The notes under the pieces: model-generated | The model's input: the letters and a program-made list of their open reading frames with translations, nothing else | Told to the model about the DNA's origin: nothing | Database searches by the model: none | Shown here: piece after piece, positions 1 through 9,547 of the stretch | Layout: the number at the start of each line of letters is the position of its first letter | Position numbering within the stretch: position 1 is the stretch's first letter | Position numbers and translations under genes: made by a program | Origin: a virus | Taxonomy: Duplodnaviria; Caudoviricetes | IMG/VR virus record: IMGVR_UViG_3300027759_000115 | Span: 1-55,025 of that record | Length of the DNA: 55,025 nt | Strand: one strand, 5' to 3'

Positions 1-8
1 GGTCATGA

Positions 9-641
9 TTAAGAGTCCACGGCGATGGCCTGACGATCACCGACTCGCGCCACATCTTCGACCTTCAAAGAGGTGATGGCTTCGGTGTACTTTTGCTGAA
101 AAACCTGCCGTGCATCATTCTTGAGGAATGGCATGGCCTGGAGCAACGTCCCATAAAGCATGGCATTGGGGGCGTTTTGAGTCAGCCAGTTGGTCTGGTT
201 TGTTGAACTCAGGGGGGCGATGCGCTCGTAGTACAGCACTTCAAAGTTGTATGCCTGACTGGGGGTGGGGGCCACATACCAGTGCTCATAGTCCGTGTCG
301 GCATAGTATTGAGGCAGACCGGTTTGTGTTTCATTTGGCCAGTAGTTGCGCAGGTACTCATACTTGCGCAAATAAACAGGCTGAGTGGAAGTGCCGGTAT
401 CGATGGTCATGGACACCGTTTTGCGCCACCGTGCAGGCTTCACAATCACCGGGTTGTTAATGTTCATGGTCGCATTTACAACCTGCAACTGACCCAATGT
501 CTTGATCTCCTGCGCGATCTCAAATTCGCACAGGGTGATAAAGGTCGGAATGGCGTTTACAACGGCGGCATCTTGGCGCTCCAAATACTGAAGGACAGTG
601 GAGGTCAGGCTGTCATATGTCATCACCCAGGACGGCGTCAT
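9..641 (-). CDS. Putative head-tail adaptor / tail tubular A-like virion protein
   Basis: ORF 9..665, likely ATG at 641 after AAAGGAA; lies directly upstream of the tail genes on the circle; YYA..YVAPTP..Y.FEVLYY pattern typical of podovirus adaptors. Confidence 0.55.
   Translation of the reverse strand: MTPSWVMTYDSLTSTVLQYLERQDAAVVNAIPTFITLCEFEIAQEIKTLGQLQVVNATMNINNPVIVKPARWRKTVSMTIDTGTSTQPVYLRKYEYLRNYWPNETQTGLPQYYADTDYEHWYVAPTPSQAYNFEVLYYERIAPLSSTNQTNWLTQNAPNAMLYGTLLQAMPFLKNDARQVFQQKYTEAITSLKVEDVARVGDRQAIAVDS
16..447. repeat. Terminal direct repeat, copy 1 (432 bp); circular/permuted genome or assembly overlap
   Basis: 16-447 reads identically to 54594-55025 (offset 54578); both translate to the same C-terminal protein segment. 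Confidence 0.95.
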
Positions 642-699
642 TTCATTCCTTTCGGTTCGGTGCAATTGTCACACCAGATGGTAAGTACATCAAGTGCGC

Positions 700-1176
700 T
701 CAACTTAGGAACAAAGCACGCTCATCGATGCGGCGATTCTGCAAGCCTTTGAGGATCTTCCCCCCGGCCATGCAGTACTTCAGGAATTCTTCCCCAGCAC
801 TCGTTTTATCGCCCCGAAGCAACTTTTGACGAAGCGTTGAACGCTGGAGTGTTCCAAGACCGACATTAAAACTAAAGCTAACAAGGCTATCATACATACC
901 TTGTGTAAGGGGAACGGGGCAGAACTGAGCCACCCCACGCTCAAACCTTGCAAGATCGCTTCTGAGAATCCCATCGACTTCATCCTTTGTCCACACACGA
1001 TTGTCTTCCGGGCGCAAAAGAAACTCGTCACGATTTTCGACCTTGAGTTTTCCTTGCTCAGGGTACATGACATGGCCCACGCCAATTGTCCAAAGCTTTG
1101 CAGGGCATTTGTAGGGTTTATACCGGATGCCCTCGTGGTGCTGGATCATGGCTATTGCCTTGGGGCTGACATTCAT
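700..1176 (-). CDS. Endolysin, GH24 phage lysozyme
   Basis: HEG..Y.C....WTIGVGH catalytic region, SFSFNVG, C-terminal GL.NRR..ER.LFL. Confidence 0.93.
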   Translation of the reverse strand: MNVSPKAIAMIQHHEGIRYKPYKCPAKLWTIGVGHVMYPEQGKLKVENRDEFLLRPEDNRVWTKDEVDGILRSDLARFERGVAQFCPVPLTQGMYDSLVSFSFNVGLGTLQRSTLRQKLLRGDKTSAGEEFLKYCMAGGKILKGLQNRRIDERALFLS

Positions 1177-1691
1177 TTGCCAAACGCCCTGCCGCCAAAG
1201 TGGAAGGCGATGATCGAGGCGAACAGAGCCTGGGTTTCGTCATCCCACAGTTGGTTTGCCATTTCCGCAAAGCTCACACTGCTGTTGAAGCCGTGCCAGA
1301 TCAGGGCGCAGTCAATGCCCACCAGAAGCAGGAAGAAGCCGTAGGTAATGACTGGCCGTACCGATGCCCTCAGATTCTTCATCCAGACGCTTGTGCCCTC
1401 GTTTAAAGCCGTGTCGTGGGCGTATATGGCCTGCATCTCAGCCTGCTGTGCGCCGATCAGGGCTTGCTTATCGTTGGACTTGGTTTCCATCTCCAATTGT
1501 TCGGACTTGATGTGTTCGACCCGCTCCTGGGCTTCAAACCCCAGTTTGCGCATCTCCAGTTCCCGCTGGATTTGAAGCTGGGCCAGGGCCATTTCGTGCT
1601 TTTTGTCACTGCGGTCTTGGAAAAATTCCAACAGCTTGGGCAAGCCGCCCATCAGGAAAGAAATCAGGGTTGAAAACAGGGTCAGCATCAA
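1173..1691 (-). CDS. Holin-like membrane protein
   Basis: N-terminal hydrophobic helix plus two C-terminal hydrophobic segments (ASVRPVITY...FHFGGR); overlaps the endolysin start. Confidence 0.6.
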   Translation of the reverse strand: MMLTLFSTLISFLMGGLPKLLEFFQDRSDKKHEMALAQLQIQRELEMRKLGFEAQERVEHIKSEQLEMETKSNDKQALIGAQQAEMQAIYAHDTALNEGTSVWMKNLRASVRPVITYGFFLLLVGIDCALIWHGFNSSVSFAEMANQLWDDETQALFASIIAFHFGGRAFGK

Positions 1692-2305
1692 GGGCTCCTT
1701 TTGGTAAGCATGGTGGCGGCGATCTCCATCATGGAGACTGTTCCGCTCAGGTCTTCAGGTTCACTCTTGAACCCAACGGTAATTTGTCCAACGAACCGGG
1801 ATAGCTCTGGTGGGACTGATGTTCGGCAAGTGAAGGCAACGCCTTGTGCCGTGTACCACAGGCCAACTTCGGATTGTGGTTTGAGGTATTCACCACACGG
1901 GGTTTCGTTTGCCATGAGCTTGATGACATCGTGGTTGTTTGCCGCATTGGAAGTAAATAAGCCAACATCAATCCCTTCAACAGATTTATCCCGACCCTCT
2001 CTGGTGTACGCCCGGTGAAGCACCCGACTGCCAAACAAGGGGTTGACCTTGAACACCGCCACCACAGTCGCTGGTGTCTGCTTGAACAGCATCCCAGCCG
2101 CATCCTCGACCCGCTCCTCATTGATGGACGGGAGCTTCCGATTTTCTTTGTATGCGCCGATCAGGAACTCTTGGTTGCTGTAGACGAAGTACCCGGCAAA
2201 AGCCACCACACCCATCACCAGGATGGCGATCAGCTTGAATGGGCTGTCCACATAGGCCAGCACCTTGCTCAAGGTGTCATTTGGGTTGAGCTTCTCTTCT
2301 GGCAT
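1688..2305 (-). CDS. Membrane-anchored hypothetical protein (lysis cluster)
   Basis: 205 aa ORF, one N-terminal TM segment, coupled to neighbours. Confidence 0.6.
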   Translation of the reverse strand: MPEEKLNPNDTLSKVLAYVDSPFKLIAILVMGVVAFAGYFVYSNQEFLIGAYKENRKLPSINEERVEDAAGMLFKQTPATVVAVFKVNPLFGSRVLHRAYTREGRDKSVEGIDVGLFTSNAANNHDVIKLMANETPCGEYLKPQSEVGLWYTAQGVAFTCRTSVPPELSRFVGQITVGFKSEPEDLSGTVSMMEIAATMLTKRSP

Positions 2306-2582
2306 CTTCTTCGACTTGTTTTCGCAACTTTTCGACCTTCTCCATTTGAGCCTTGGCCTCTCGCTTCACCACCATCGTATCCACATACATCATCCCAACA
2401 AGGGGGAGCACGAGCACAAAGACCAGTGCAAAAAGGATCAAGACAAGTATGTATCCAAGCGATCCCGACGATGAAGACTGATCAGCCACATCAGGCAGAC
2501 TAGGTAGGCGACCACGAAAGCTACCAGCACCGTTTCCAGCACCTTGTCCAGTATCTGATTTTTTAACCTTTGTCGCCGCCAT
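2277..2582 (-). CDS. Small single-TM protein with charged coiled-coil tail (true start probably downstream)
   Basis: Hydrophobic YILVLILFALVFVLVLPLVGMM followed by a charged helix. Confidence 0.5.
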   Translation of the reverse strand: MAATKVKKSDTGQGAGNGAGSFRGRLPSLPDVADQSSSSGSLGYILVLILFALVFVLVLPLVGMMYVDTMVVKREAKAQMEKVEKLRKQVEEDARREAQPK

Positions 2583-3007
2583 GCCTTCACCCGCTTTTCG
2601 TGCAATTCACGAGCCGCCTGTTCCGATTTCTGATCCAACAGCCGTTGATACTCTTCAACGATTTCCCGCCAGAGATCGGGCATCCCCATCTCCCAGCGCA
2701 CCATTCTCTCAAGATCGGCATAGAACTGCTTGGTCTGCCGCAGATACATCACATTGTCTATGGCTTGTGTGGCAAGGTCGTCTTTGATTCCCTTCTTCCT
2801 GTTGTCTTCCCGTTGAACCTCGGCCTTTTCGTGGCTGGTTTCCAGTTCCGCTTGACCCTTGAAGAAGCTTGACAGCGCCTCACCGACCTCGCTGGTGATC
2901 TTGGTCAGATCATTCCCGGTCTTCTTCAAGTCCTGATAAACAGCCACACAGCCTTTTATGCCCTCATATGCTGATTTGCACAAGGCAAAGGCCGTGATGG
3001 GGTCAAT
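2438..3007 (-). CDS. Coiled-coil protein with C-terminal TM; possible ATT start
   Basis: ORF 2438..3058; protein-like sequence begins at (I)DPITAFAL immediately after the upstream stop. Confidence 0.6.
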   Translation of the reverse strand: MDPITAFALCKSAYEGIKGCVAVYQDLKKTGNDLTKITSEVGEALSSFFKGQAELETSHEKAEVQREDNRKKGIKDDLATQAIDNVMYLRQTKQFYADLERMVRWEMGMPDLWREIVEEYQRLLDQKSEQAARELHEKRVKAWRRQRLKNQILDKVLETVLVAFVVAYLVCLMWLISLHRRDRLDTYLS

Positions 3008-3008
3008 T

Positions 3009-3209
3009 TCATATCCCCAGGATCTTTTTGACAAACTCTCCCGCAACCCCTGGGCCAAACAGCACAGCCACGATCAGCAGATACAGCAGTATCTCAATCT
3101 TGGTCATGCGCTTGTCGCCATCCCGCAAAGAGCGATCAATTGAGTTGTATCGCTCAGTGCAAATGGCTTCGTGTACAGCCAAACGGATTTCGACAGAGTC
3201 TGTCATCAT
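3009..3209 (-). CDS. Small coiled-coil plus TM protein (XhlA/holin-like)
   Basis: HEAICTERY...C-terminal hydrophobic helix; common type in phage lysis regions. Confidence 0.6.
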   Translation of the reverse strand: MMTDSVEIRLAVHEAICTERYNSIDRSLRDGDKRMTKIEILLYLLIVAVLFGPGVAGEFVKKILGI

Positions 3210-3430
3210 TGAACCACTTCTACCGGTTGTTCAGTCGTCAATGACTGCTTGAGCATGTTGAAGAATGTGTCACGTCCAACTTGAAGTTGATCCAAATTGA
3301 ACCGTGCTGAATTCACCTTGCGCTCCAGATCAACCACATGTTCCAGCATCATCTTCTGCTGGTCAGTGAAGGTATCCGTGTCATATTCAACGCCATCAAT
3401 CGTGAGTTGGGGTTTTGTGTTGTTGCCCAT
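3206..3430 (-). CDS. Hypothetical protein
   Basis: 74 aa ORF with AGGAG RBS. Confidence 0.7.
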   Translation of the reverse strand: MGNNTKPQLTIDGVEYDTDTFTDQQKMMLEHVVDLERKVNSARFNLDQLQVGRDTFFNMLKQSLTTEQPVEVVQ

Positions 3431-3474
3431 CTCTTACTCCTTGAATGCCGCCATCAGGGGCTGGCGGCTTGCCC

Positions 3475-3687
3475 TTATGCCGAAGCCGCTTGCAAAGGGG
3501 CCAAGTCTTCCGTTGTCCAGAAATCCTTTGCCAGCATGATCTTCAAATGCTCTTTGTTACGTGATAAGCAGTCTGCCCACTCAGCATCTTCCATGCCTTC
3601 GGGCTTGCCAGCATTGATGAGGTTCACGCTGTCCATTGCGGCACTGTAGTGCTTGGCGATTTGTTCTGCGGTGATTTCATTTTCCAT
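3475..3687 (-). CDS. Hypothetical tail-fibre-associated protein
   Basis: MENEIT... start with AGGAG RBS, downstream of the fibre genes. Confidence 0.65.
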   Translation of the reverse strand: MENEITAEQIAKHYSAAMDSVNLINAGKPEGMEDAEWADCLSRNKEHLKIMLAKDFWTTEDLAPLQAASA

Positions 3688-3689
3688 TT

Positions 3690-3896
3690 TTAGGCTCCTT
3701 TGGGATACTTGGCTTTGACTGCTTGGCAAGCGGCGATGTACGCATCAATCTGCGCTTGGTCACCCTTTACCACTGCATCAAGATAATCCGTGATTGGTGG
3801 ATATTCTTGCTGTCGCTTTGCTTTGTACGCATTGGCTTCCGCCTGTGCGAAAAATAATGCAATTTGTTCTTTGGTGAAAATTGATGTGTTGATCAT
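3690..3896 (-). CDS. Tail fibre assembly/chaperone-like small protein
   Basis: YKAKRQQEYPPI.D.LDA...VKAKYPK pattern, typically found after fibre genes. Confidence 0.6.
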   Translation of the reverse strand: MINTSIFTKEQIALFFAQAEANAYKAKRQQEYPPITDYLDAVVKGDQAQIDAYIAACQAVKAKYPKGA

Positions 3897-3904
3897 ATAA
3901 ATCC

Positions 3905-5932
3905 TTATCCAGTGTATGCGCCAGTTACCACAATAGCGCTGTAATTCATAGATGTTGTTTTACCCGCCGTTACAGTTAAAAATGAAGAAGTAAGCCCAAA
4001 TGTAAAACTATAACCAGAACTATTATGTGGCAAACCAGAATTTATTACAGTGACTGTATAAGTGCCAAATGCTTGAGTTAAAGATAAAATAAAATAGCCA
4101 GCGTAGCCGCCATCTAAGCTATTTGAACCAGTAACCACCACCGTCATAACTGCGGAATTTACAGCACTGACTACGGGGTATATGCTTTTAATTGGCACTA
4201 AATTGTAGGCTACACTAGCAGTCAAAGATGCAACTGCAAAATTGTAATTTGTGTTAACCGCATTTTGAGAATAATACTTTGGAAACCCATCCCCATCAGA
4301 CAGCACGATAGCGTTGTTTGATGTAAGGATGTTTATGCCTTCTTGATTGCCGCTGTAAGCTCCGAGGATGGTGTTCTTTGAACCAGTGGTCATTGACCCG
4401 CCGCAAGCCGTACTTCCAGTACCAAACGCTCCGACAAATGTGTTGTTGCTTCCCGTTGAAGAATAACCAGCGCCGTATCCAACATGAAGGTTTGACCCGC
4501 CAGTTGAGGAATACCCCGCAACACCGCCTAAAAACACATTGTTTGCGCCTGTGCTATTCGTATACCCCGCCTGATAACCTACAGCAGTGTTGTTTGAAGC
4601 TGTGGTGTTGGAGAGAAGGGCATCTTTACCCATAGCGGTATTAGATGACCCTGTGGTATTCAACACTAAAGAGTTTTGGCCCAAAGACGAATTTCCAGTT
4701 GCTGTAGTTGTATCTCTTCCAGAGCCTGAACCTACTGCTGTATTGTAGTTACCTGTATTTGTTCTTAATGCACTCCAGCCTAATGCAGTTGTTTCTGTGC
4801 CAGTAACATTTGAGTAACTTGCTTGATAACCTACAGCAGTGTTGTTAGAGGCTGTGGTGTTGGCTTGAAGGGCCAAATAACCAATAGCCGTGTTATTTGC
4901 TCCTGTAGTGTTGGCTAAAAGTGATGAAAACCCAAAGGCCGAATTGTATGACCCAGTGGTGTTTAACTTCATCGTCTCACGACCAAAAACGGAATTTTGC
5001 TGGCCTGTGGTATTTGTGTATAAAGCAGCCGAACCAACAGTAGTGTTGTAACTTCCTGATGTGGTTCCATAACCCGCTTGATAACCTACAGCAATATTTT
5101 CAACCCCACTCGTATTAGCCGCCAAAGCACTAGCACCCACCGCAGTGTTGGTGGATACAGCACCTGCGCCAAGACCTACAGTGAGTCCTTGAATGGTTGC
5201 TCCACCAACCACGGTGAGAAAACCAGTGGAAGCAAGGCGCATACGCTCTGCATAAGAGCCAGCAAATCCTTGCCAAACAAAATCCCCATAGCCGCTTGCG
5301 TTTTGCACTGTGCCAAAAAACTCTTGGCTTGTTGCCCCCGTGTTGCTGAAGTTGATACCCGCATACCTGCTGGTAGCGTTGGTGTAATTGACTTTAATCT
5401 GCCCACCAACAAAAACCGCCGCGTTATATGCAGTCGTTGCTGTGTTATCAACGCGAAGAATAGGCCCGGTTGTAGGGGCCGTTGATCCATTAACTTGTAA
5501 AGTAGTCCCGTCAAACAGCAAATTAGCAGAGTCAGTCAGCAACCCGGCGGTGGTGGCGTAAGTGACACGACCAGAAGTCAAGCTAGAGAATGTGATGGAG
5601 CCAGACGATGTGATGCCAGTCAAGCCAGTCAGAATACCTGCATCACTCAAAATACCAACAGAGTTCTGAATTAGCTTGCCGGTAGTCAAGTCAAAACGTG
5701 CCAGAGCATTGTCAGTGGCTGAGGCTGGCCCAACCACATCACCCAATGATCCTGCGGCAGAAGCCAGCAACGTGACCGTGCCAGAACTGTTTTTGTAATA
5801 CAGCTTGCCATCAGCATAGTTGAGCGCCAACTCAGCACCCAATGCACTGCTTGTCAAATTTATCGCCAGGGGGACGTTTGTAGCCGTGCCGCTTGCGTAG
5901 ACCAGGATCGGGGTGTAGCCAGTTTGTGCCAT
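3905..5932 (-). CDS. Tail fibre / receptor-binding protein with NTAVG..AL repeats
   Basis: 675 aa; GELALNYADGKLYYK N-terminus; many ~14-aa NTAVGxxAL beta-roll-like repeats. Confidence 0.8.
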   Translation of the reverse strand: MAQTGYTPILVYASGTATNVPLAINLTSSALGAELALNYADGKLYYKNSSGTVTLLASAAGSLGDVVGPASATDNALARFDLTTGKLIQNSVGILSDAGILTGLTGITSSGSITFSSLTSGRVTYATTAGLLTDSANLLFDGTTLQVNGSTAPTTGPILRVDNTATTAYNAAVFVGGQIKVNYTNATSRYAGINFSNTGATSQEFFGTVQNASGYGDFVWQGFAGSYAERMRLASTGFLTVVGGATIQGLTVGLGAGAVSTNTAVGASALAANTSGVENIAVGYQAGYGTTSGSYNTTVGSAALYTNTTGQQNSVFGRETMKLNTTGSYNSAFGFSSLLANTTGANNTAIGYLALQANTTASNNTAVGYQASYSNVTGTETTALGWSALRTNTGNYNTAVGSGSGRDTTTATGNSSLGQNSLVLNTTGSSNTAMGKDALLSNTTASNNTAVGYQAGYTNSTGANNVFLGGVAGYSSTGGSNLHVGYGAGYSSTGSNNTFVGAFGTGSTACGGSMTTGSKNTILGAYSGNQEGINILTSNNAIVLSDGDGFPKYYSQNAVNTNYNFAVASLTASVAYNLVPIKSIYPVVSAVNSAVMTVVVTGSNSLDGGYAGYFILSLTQAFGTYTVTVINSGLPHNSSGYSFTFGLTSSFLTVTAGKTTSMNYSAIVVTGAYTG

Positions 5933-5941
5933 GTTTCTTCC

Positions 5942-8107
5942 TTAGAATGCGCCACCCGCCAAACCACCAGTGATCTGGCCTGTTGACGGGTTGCAGGTTA
6001 TCGACGAGTTTACCAATTGCCCAAGATTTCCGGTAGTGGCTGACACGAATGTCAGATAGTTGGTGGCATTGGTTGAATTGGCGGTGATCGCCGTGTTTGT
6101 TGCATTGGTTGCGTTTGTGGCCGTCCCAGTCAAAGATGCAGTGATCGTCCCGGCAGTGAAGTCGCCCGATGCGTCCCTGGCAACAATTGCACTGGCCGTG
6201 TTGGCGCTGGTTGCCGTGGTGGCGCTGTTGGACACCTTCCCCGCAGTGGCAATGGTCGCCAAGTAAGTGTCGGTGATCGCCGTGGCGTTCCAAGTTCCTG
6301 CCGTCAGTGTCCCAACCCCAGTGATTCCGGTGTACGAGCCTGTGATGTAAGCAGAGCCCACAGTCCCAGAGGTGATCTGGTTGCCGTTGATCGCAATTGG
6401 CGTGGTCGCCGCCAAAGTCAATTGGCCCTGGGCGTTGACCGTAAAAGTCCCCACCGATGAAGCCGACCCATAAGCCGCCGCCGTCACCGCTGTGTTGGTG
6501 ATGCTGAACTGAGTGCCCGTCAGGGTCAGGCCAGTGCCAGCGGTGTATGCGCCAGAGCCTGAGAACTGAATCCATGTCACCGGGCTTGTGCCGACAACGG
6601 TCACCGGGTCGGTTTGCACCCAGCCAGTGTTGCCGTACAAAGTGCCGTTTGAGACAAAGGTGAAGTCACCGCTTGCCATCTCGGCGGCAGTGTCAAAGTC
6701 GGTTGCACGGGTGAGGACTGTGCCCCCAGTCGCCCAGGTGTAGATGCCGTTGTTGGCTTGCGTGGCTTCGTTCTTCACGAGCACACGGTCGCCATTGAGT
6801 AGCGTGTACCCATCCAAGGTGGTCAAGGCCACCGACAAGGTCAAGGTCGCCCCAACACCAGCCGTGCCGTTGTTGTAGGTCACCGTGCCGCCAGTGATTG
6901 ATGCAAGGGTTCCAGGGGTTGCCGCCGCACAAGCCGCATGGACATGAAGCCCCTCGGCCACCGCATCCACATACTGCTTGGTTGCCAACTGCAAAGCAGA
7001 GGTCGGGTCTTGCGTCACAGCAACGGAAGTCAGCCCACCCAGGGTCAGGCTTGAGCTTCCCAAGCTGATTGCGGTTGTACCAACGGTCAAAGATGAGTTG
7101 GTCAGGCCAGAATTGGGGATGTTGGAAAACGTGTTGGTTAAACCGCTGATCGACTTGCCGATCAGGGTCTGAGTTCCACCTAAAGTCACCACAGTGGAAT
7201 CAATCGATATTGTTCCGGTTGTGGTGATGGGCCCACCAGTTAAACCAGTGCCGGTGGCAATGTTGGTGACGGTGCCAGTTCCGCCAACTGCCGCCCAATA
7301 GGTCAAAGAGCCATCAGTGGCCAAAACACGACCGTTAAACCCGGTTTGACTGGGCAAAAGATTGGTCAAGGCACCATTTGCCGTGCTTGCGCTAGTGCCG
7401 CCACGAGCAATGTTGAGCGTGCCTGAGGTGATCTGTGTGGCAGAAATGCTGATTGCGGTGTCCGTCACCAAGGTCAATCGACCATAGGTGTCCACCGCAA
7501 AGACCGGAACAATACTTCCAGATCCGTAGGTTCCTGCAACCACACCAGAGGCTGACAGCCCAAAAGTTGGGTTGCCGCCAGACCCCGTCCCATTCGTGAT
7601 GGATATTTGGCCGCTCACACCGGTCAACGTCACCGGGCTGAATGTTCCGCTGGCCGTGGCCAAAATGCCCGTGCCGGTTATCCCGGCCACGTTGGACAAC
7701 ACGGCACCAAGGCCGATTGTGGGGTCACCAGCCACTCCATCGCCATTGGCAATGGTAAGACCTGCATTGACCGCCAAAGTGCGCCCTGTGAGCGTATTTG
7801 AGCCCGTTTTGACCTGTATACCGGTGGGGCTGGAGTTTAACGACAAGGCCGCACCAGTCAGGTTGATCTGAAGGGTTGATCCTGCGCCGTTGTCAGTGAG
7901 CGACAAACCGCTACCGGCGGCAATTTGCCTTGCATTGGTCAACCCAGCAGTCGATCCAACCGTCAAGAACGGGTAATTCAATGCCCCTGCACCAGAAATA
8001 GCGGCGGATGTGGTCTGTACAGTCACTCCATTTTGGACGATTGGTACAGCTTCCGTCCCAGTCAACGCCTGAGCCTGTGGGAGTTGGGTGATGGTAATTT
8101 GTGCCAT
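5942..8107 (-). CDS. Tail fibre / tail structural protein
   Basis: 721 aa G/T/S/A-rich; ATKQYVD and GDRVLVKNE...NGIY motifs typical of phage fibres. Confidence 0.8.
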   Translation of the reverse strand: MAQITITQLPQAQALTGTEAVPIVQNGVTVQTTSAAISGAGALNYPFLTVGSTAGLTNARQIAAGSGLSLTDNGAGSTLQINLTGAALSLNSSPTGIQVKTGSNTLTGRTLAVNAGLTIANGDGVAGDPTIGLGAVLSNVAGITGTGILATASGTFSPVTLTGVSGQISITNGTGSGGNPTFGLSASGVVAGTYGSGSIVPVFAVDTYGRLTLVTDTAISISATQITSGTLNIARGGTSASTANGALTNLLPSQTGFNGRVLATDGSLTYWAAVGGTGTVTNIATGTGLTGGPITTTGTISIDSTVVTLGGTQTLIGKSISGLTNTFSNIPNSGLTNSSLTVGTTAISLGSSSLTLGGLTSVAVTQDPTSALQLATKQYVDAVAEGLHVHAACAAATPGTLASITGGTVTYNNGTAGVGATLTLSVALTTLDGYTLLNGDRVLVKNEATQANNGIYTWATGGTVLTRATDFDTAAEMASGDFTFVSNGTLYGNTGWVQTDPVTVVGTSPVTWIQFSGSGAYTAGTGLTLTGTQFSITNTAVTAAAYGSASSVGTFTVNAQGQLTLAATTPIAINGNQITSGTVGSAYITGSYTGITGVGTLTAGTWNATAITDTYLATIATAGKVSNSATTATSANTASAIVARDASGDFTAGTITASLTGTATNATNATNTAITANSTNATNYLTFVSATTGNLGQLVNSSITCNPSTGQITGGLAGGAF

Positions 8108-8108
8108 T

Positions 8109-8480
8109 TCAGTTGCTCGGTGTGATGATGTTGGTGTTGCCGTTTTGCTGTGGTGTGGTGGTTCCGTTTTCCGTGCTGATGTACACCTCGGTTGGATTAC
8201 CCCCAGGGATGTTGGTGCCTGTTGGCGTCACCACCATACCATCATCATTTACCGCAACGCTAACATCGGGCCGTGGAAATTGCAAAGTGATACGCTCAGT
8301 CTTCCTCGCCGGTAACCGGTATGGATCTTTTTGATCCGCACAACCCTGCTGGCACACCTTCAACCCAGGAAAATTGGGGTCGGGCATGGCCTCAATAATT
8401 GCCCTCTTCATCCTGCAACGGTCGCAGATGAAGATTGCAATTACTGCATTGCCTTCGGTGTTGAGGAACCTTGGCATCAA
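8109..8480 (-). CDS. Hypothetical virion-region protein with CxxC and CxxxC motifs
   Basis: ICDRC...VCQQGC; tightly coupled in the operon. Confidence 0.7.
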   Translation of the reverse strand: MMPRFLNTEGNAVIAIFICDRCRMKRAIIEAMPDPNFPGLKVCQQGCADQKDPYRLPARKTERITLQFPRPDVSVAVNDDGMVVTPTGTNIPGGNPTEVYISTENGTTTPQQNGNTNIITPSN

Positions 8481-9539
8481 TTATCTCGTGTACACGCTGA
8501 TGTTGGGCGCGTAGTAGATCGGCGACTTGTCGCGGTTCTCAGCCTCAGCCATCTGGAAATACTTCTCAGCTTGGCCTTCCAGGTACTGAATCCTAACAAG
8601 CTCAACCTTGGGCAAGAGCAAGCCCATCTGGTGAGCCAGCATCATCTGGATCGCTTGGTAGAAGTACTGAGGAAGCTCCAACTCACCATTGAGGTCACCC
8701 ACATCCATCACTTGCCGGGAATACCAAATGGTCATCTGGTAGAACGGGTCGGACGGTGTTGGCCACAGAGTGATCTTGGCTTGCGGCAAAGTCCGGTTGA
8801 ACCAGTACTGATATGGCTGGTTGGCAGTGAAGTTTTTGTTGGGCAAATTGGTGTAATCATCTCGGTTTAACCGAGCCATGGTTACTTCGGTGGAGTTGTT
8901 GCCCACATAGAACTCAGCCACGTTCAGGGTGCCACCACCCGTTTCCCGCATGCGGTAAAACGGAGCGGTGACGCCGGGATCAATGTCGTACCACAGCCAA
9001 GTGCCAGACACCCAAGTGGTGACACCAGTATCTTCCAACAAATTCCATGTGACCCCATTATTCGACCACTCCAAAAGGATGTGGAACGACCCCGATGTGG
9101 CAGGCAGAATACCAATTGAACCGGCATAAATTGGGTTTCCCACCCCGTAATTGATGGTGATGTTGCCGTTGGGTGATGTTTGCGCATCGGACGTGGTGAC
9201 ATCATTGTCGAATGCCAATGCGGCATTACCAGACGATGCGGAAACACTTCCAGTGGGGCGTTCCATGCGGCGATACAGGGCATTGAGCACGTCATTGCCA
9301 CCCACGGGTAGCAAATACTCGTACTGATCCATGTTCAAGCCATAGACCTTCTTTTCAATCGCCCAGTAATTGATGCCCTGGTTGATCAGGTTGCTGAGGA
9401 TGAAAAAAAGCGCCTGCTTTGAGGCTTGAACCTGCTCAACGGTCAGTTCTTCGGCCAATTTTCCCGCTTGACGGGCACCCTGGTCAATGAATTGCTGTAC
9501 CGAAACGACAGTTTGGCCAACGGTTCCGCTGTATGCCAT
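8481..9539 (-). CDS. Putative neck / head-tail connector protein
   Basis: 352 aa; LWPTP...W.SR pattern of adaptor proteins, with an inserted beta-rich domain. Confidence 0.55.
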   Translation of the reverse strand: MAYSGTVGQTVVSVQQFIDQGARQAGKLAEELTVEQVQASKQALFFILSNLINQGINYWAIEKKVYGLNMDQYEYLLPVGGNDVLNALYRRMERPTGSVSASSGNAALAFDNDVTTSDAQTSPNGNITINYGVGNPIYAGSIGILPATSGSFHILLEWSNNGVTWNLLEDTGVTTWVSGTWLWYDIDPGVTAPFYRMRETGGGTLNVAEFYVGNNSTEVTMARLNRDDYTNLPNKNFTANQPYQYWFNRTLPQAKITLWPTPSDPFYQMTIWYSRQVMDVGDLNGELELPQYFYQAIQMMLAHQMGLLLPKVELVRIQYLEGQAEKYFQMAEAENRDKSPIYYAPNISVYTR

Positions 9540-9547
9540 GAATTACC

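Noticed and set aside
4571-5095. Repeats in the tail fibre as a DGR template/variable repeat pair
   Set aside because: No reverse transcriptase in the genome; the repeats are short, in frame and explained by the protein repeat
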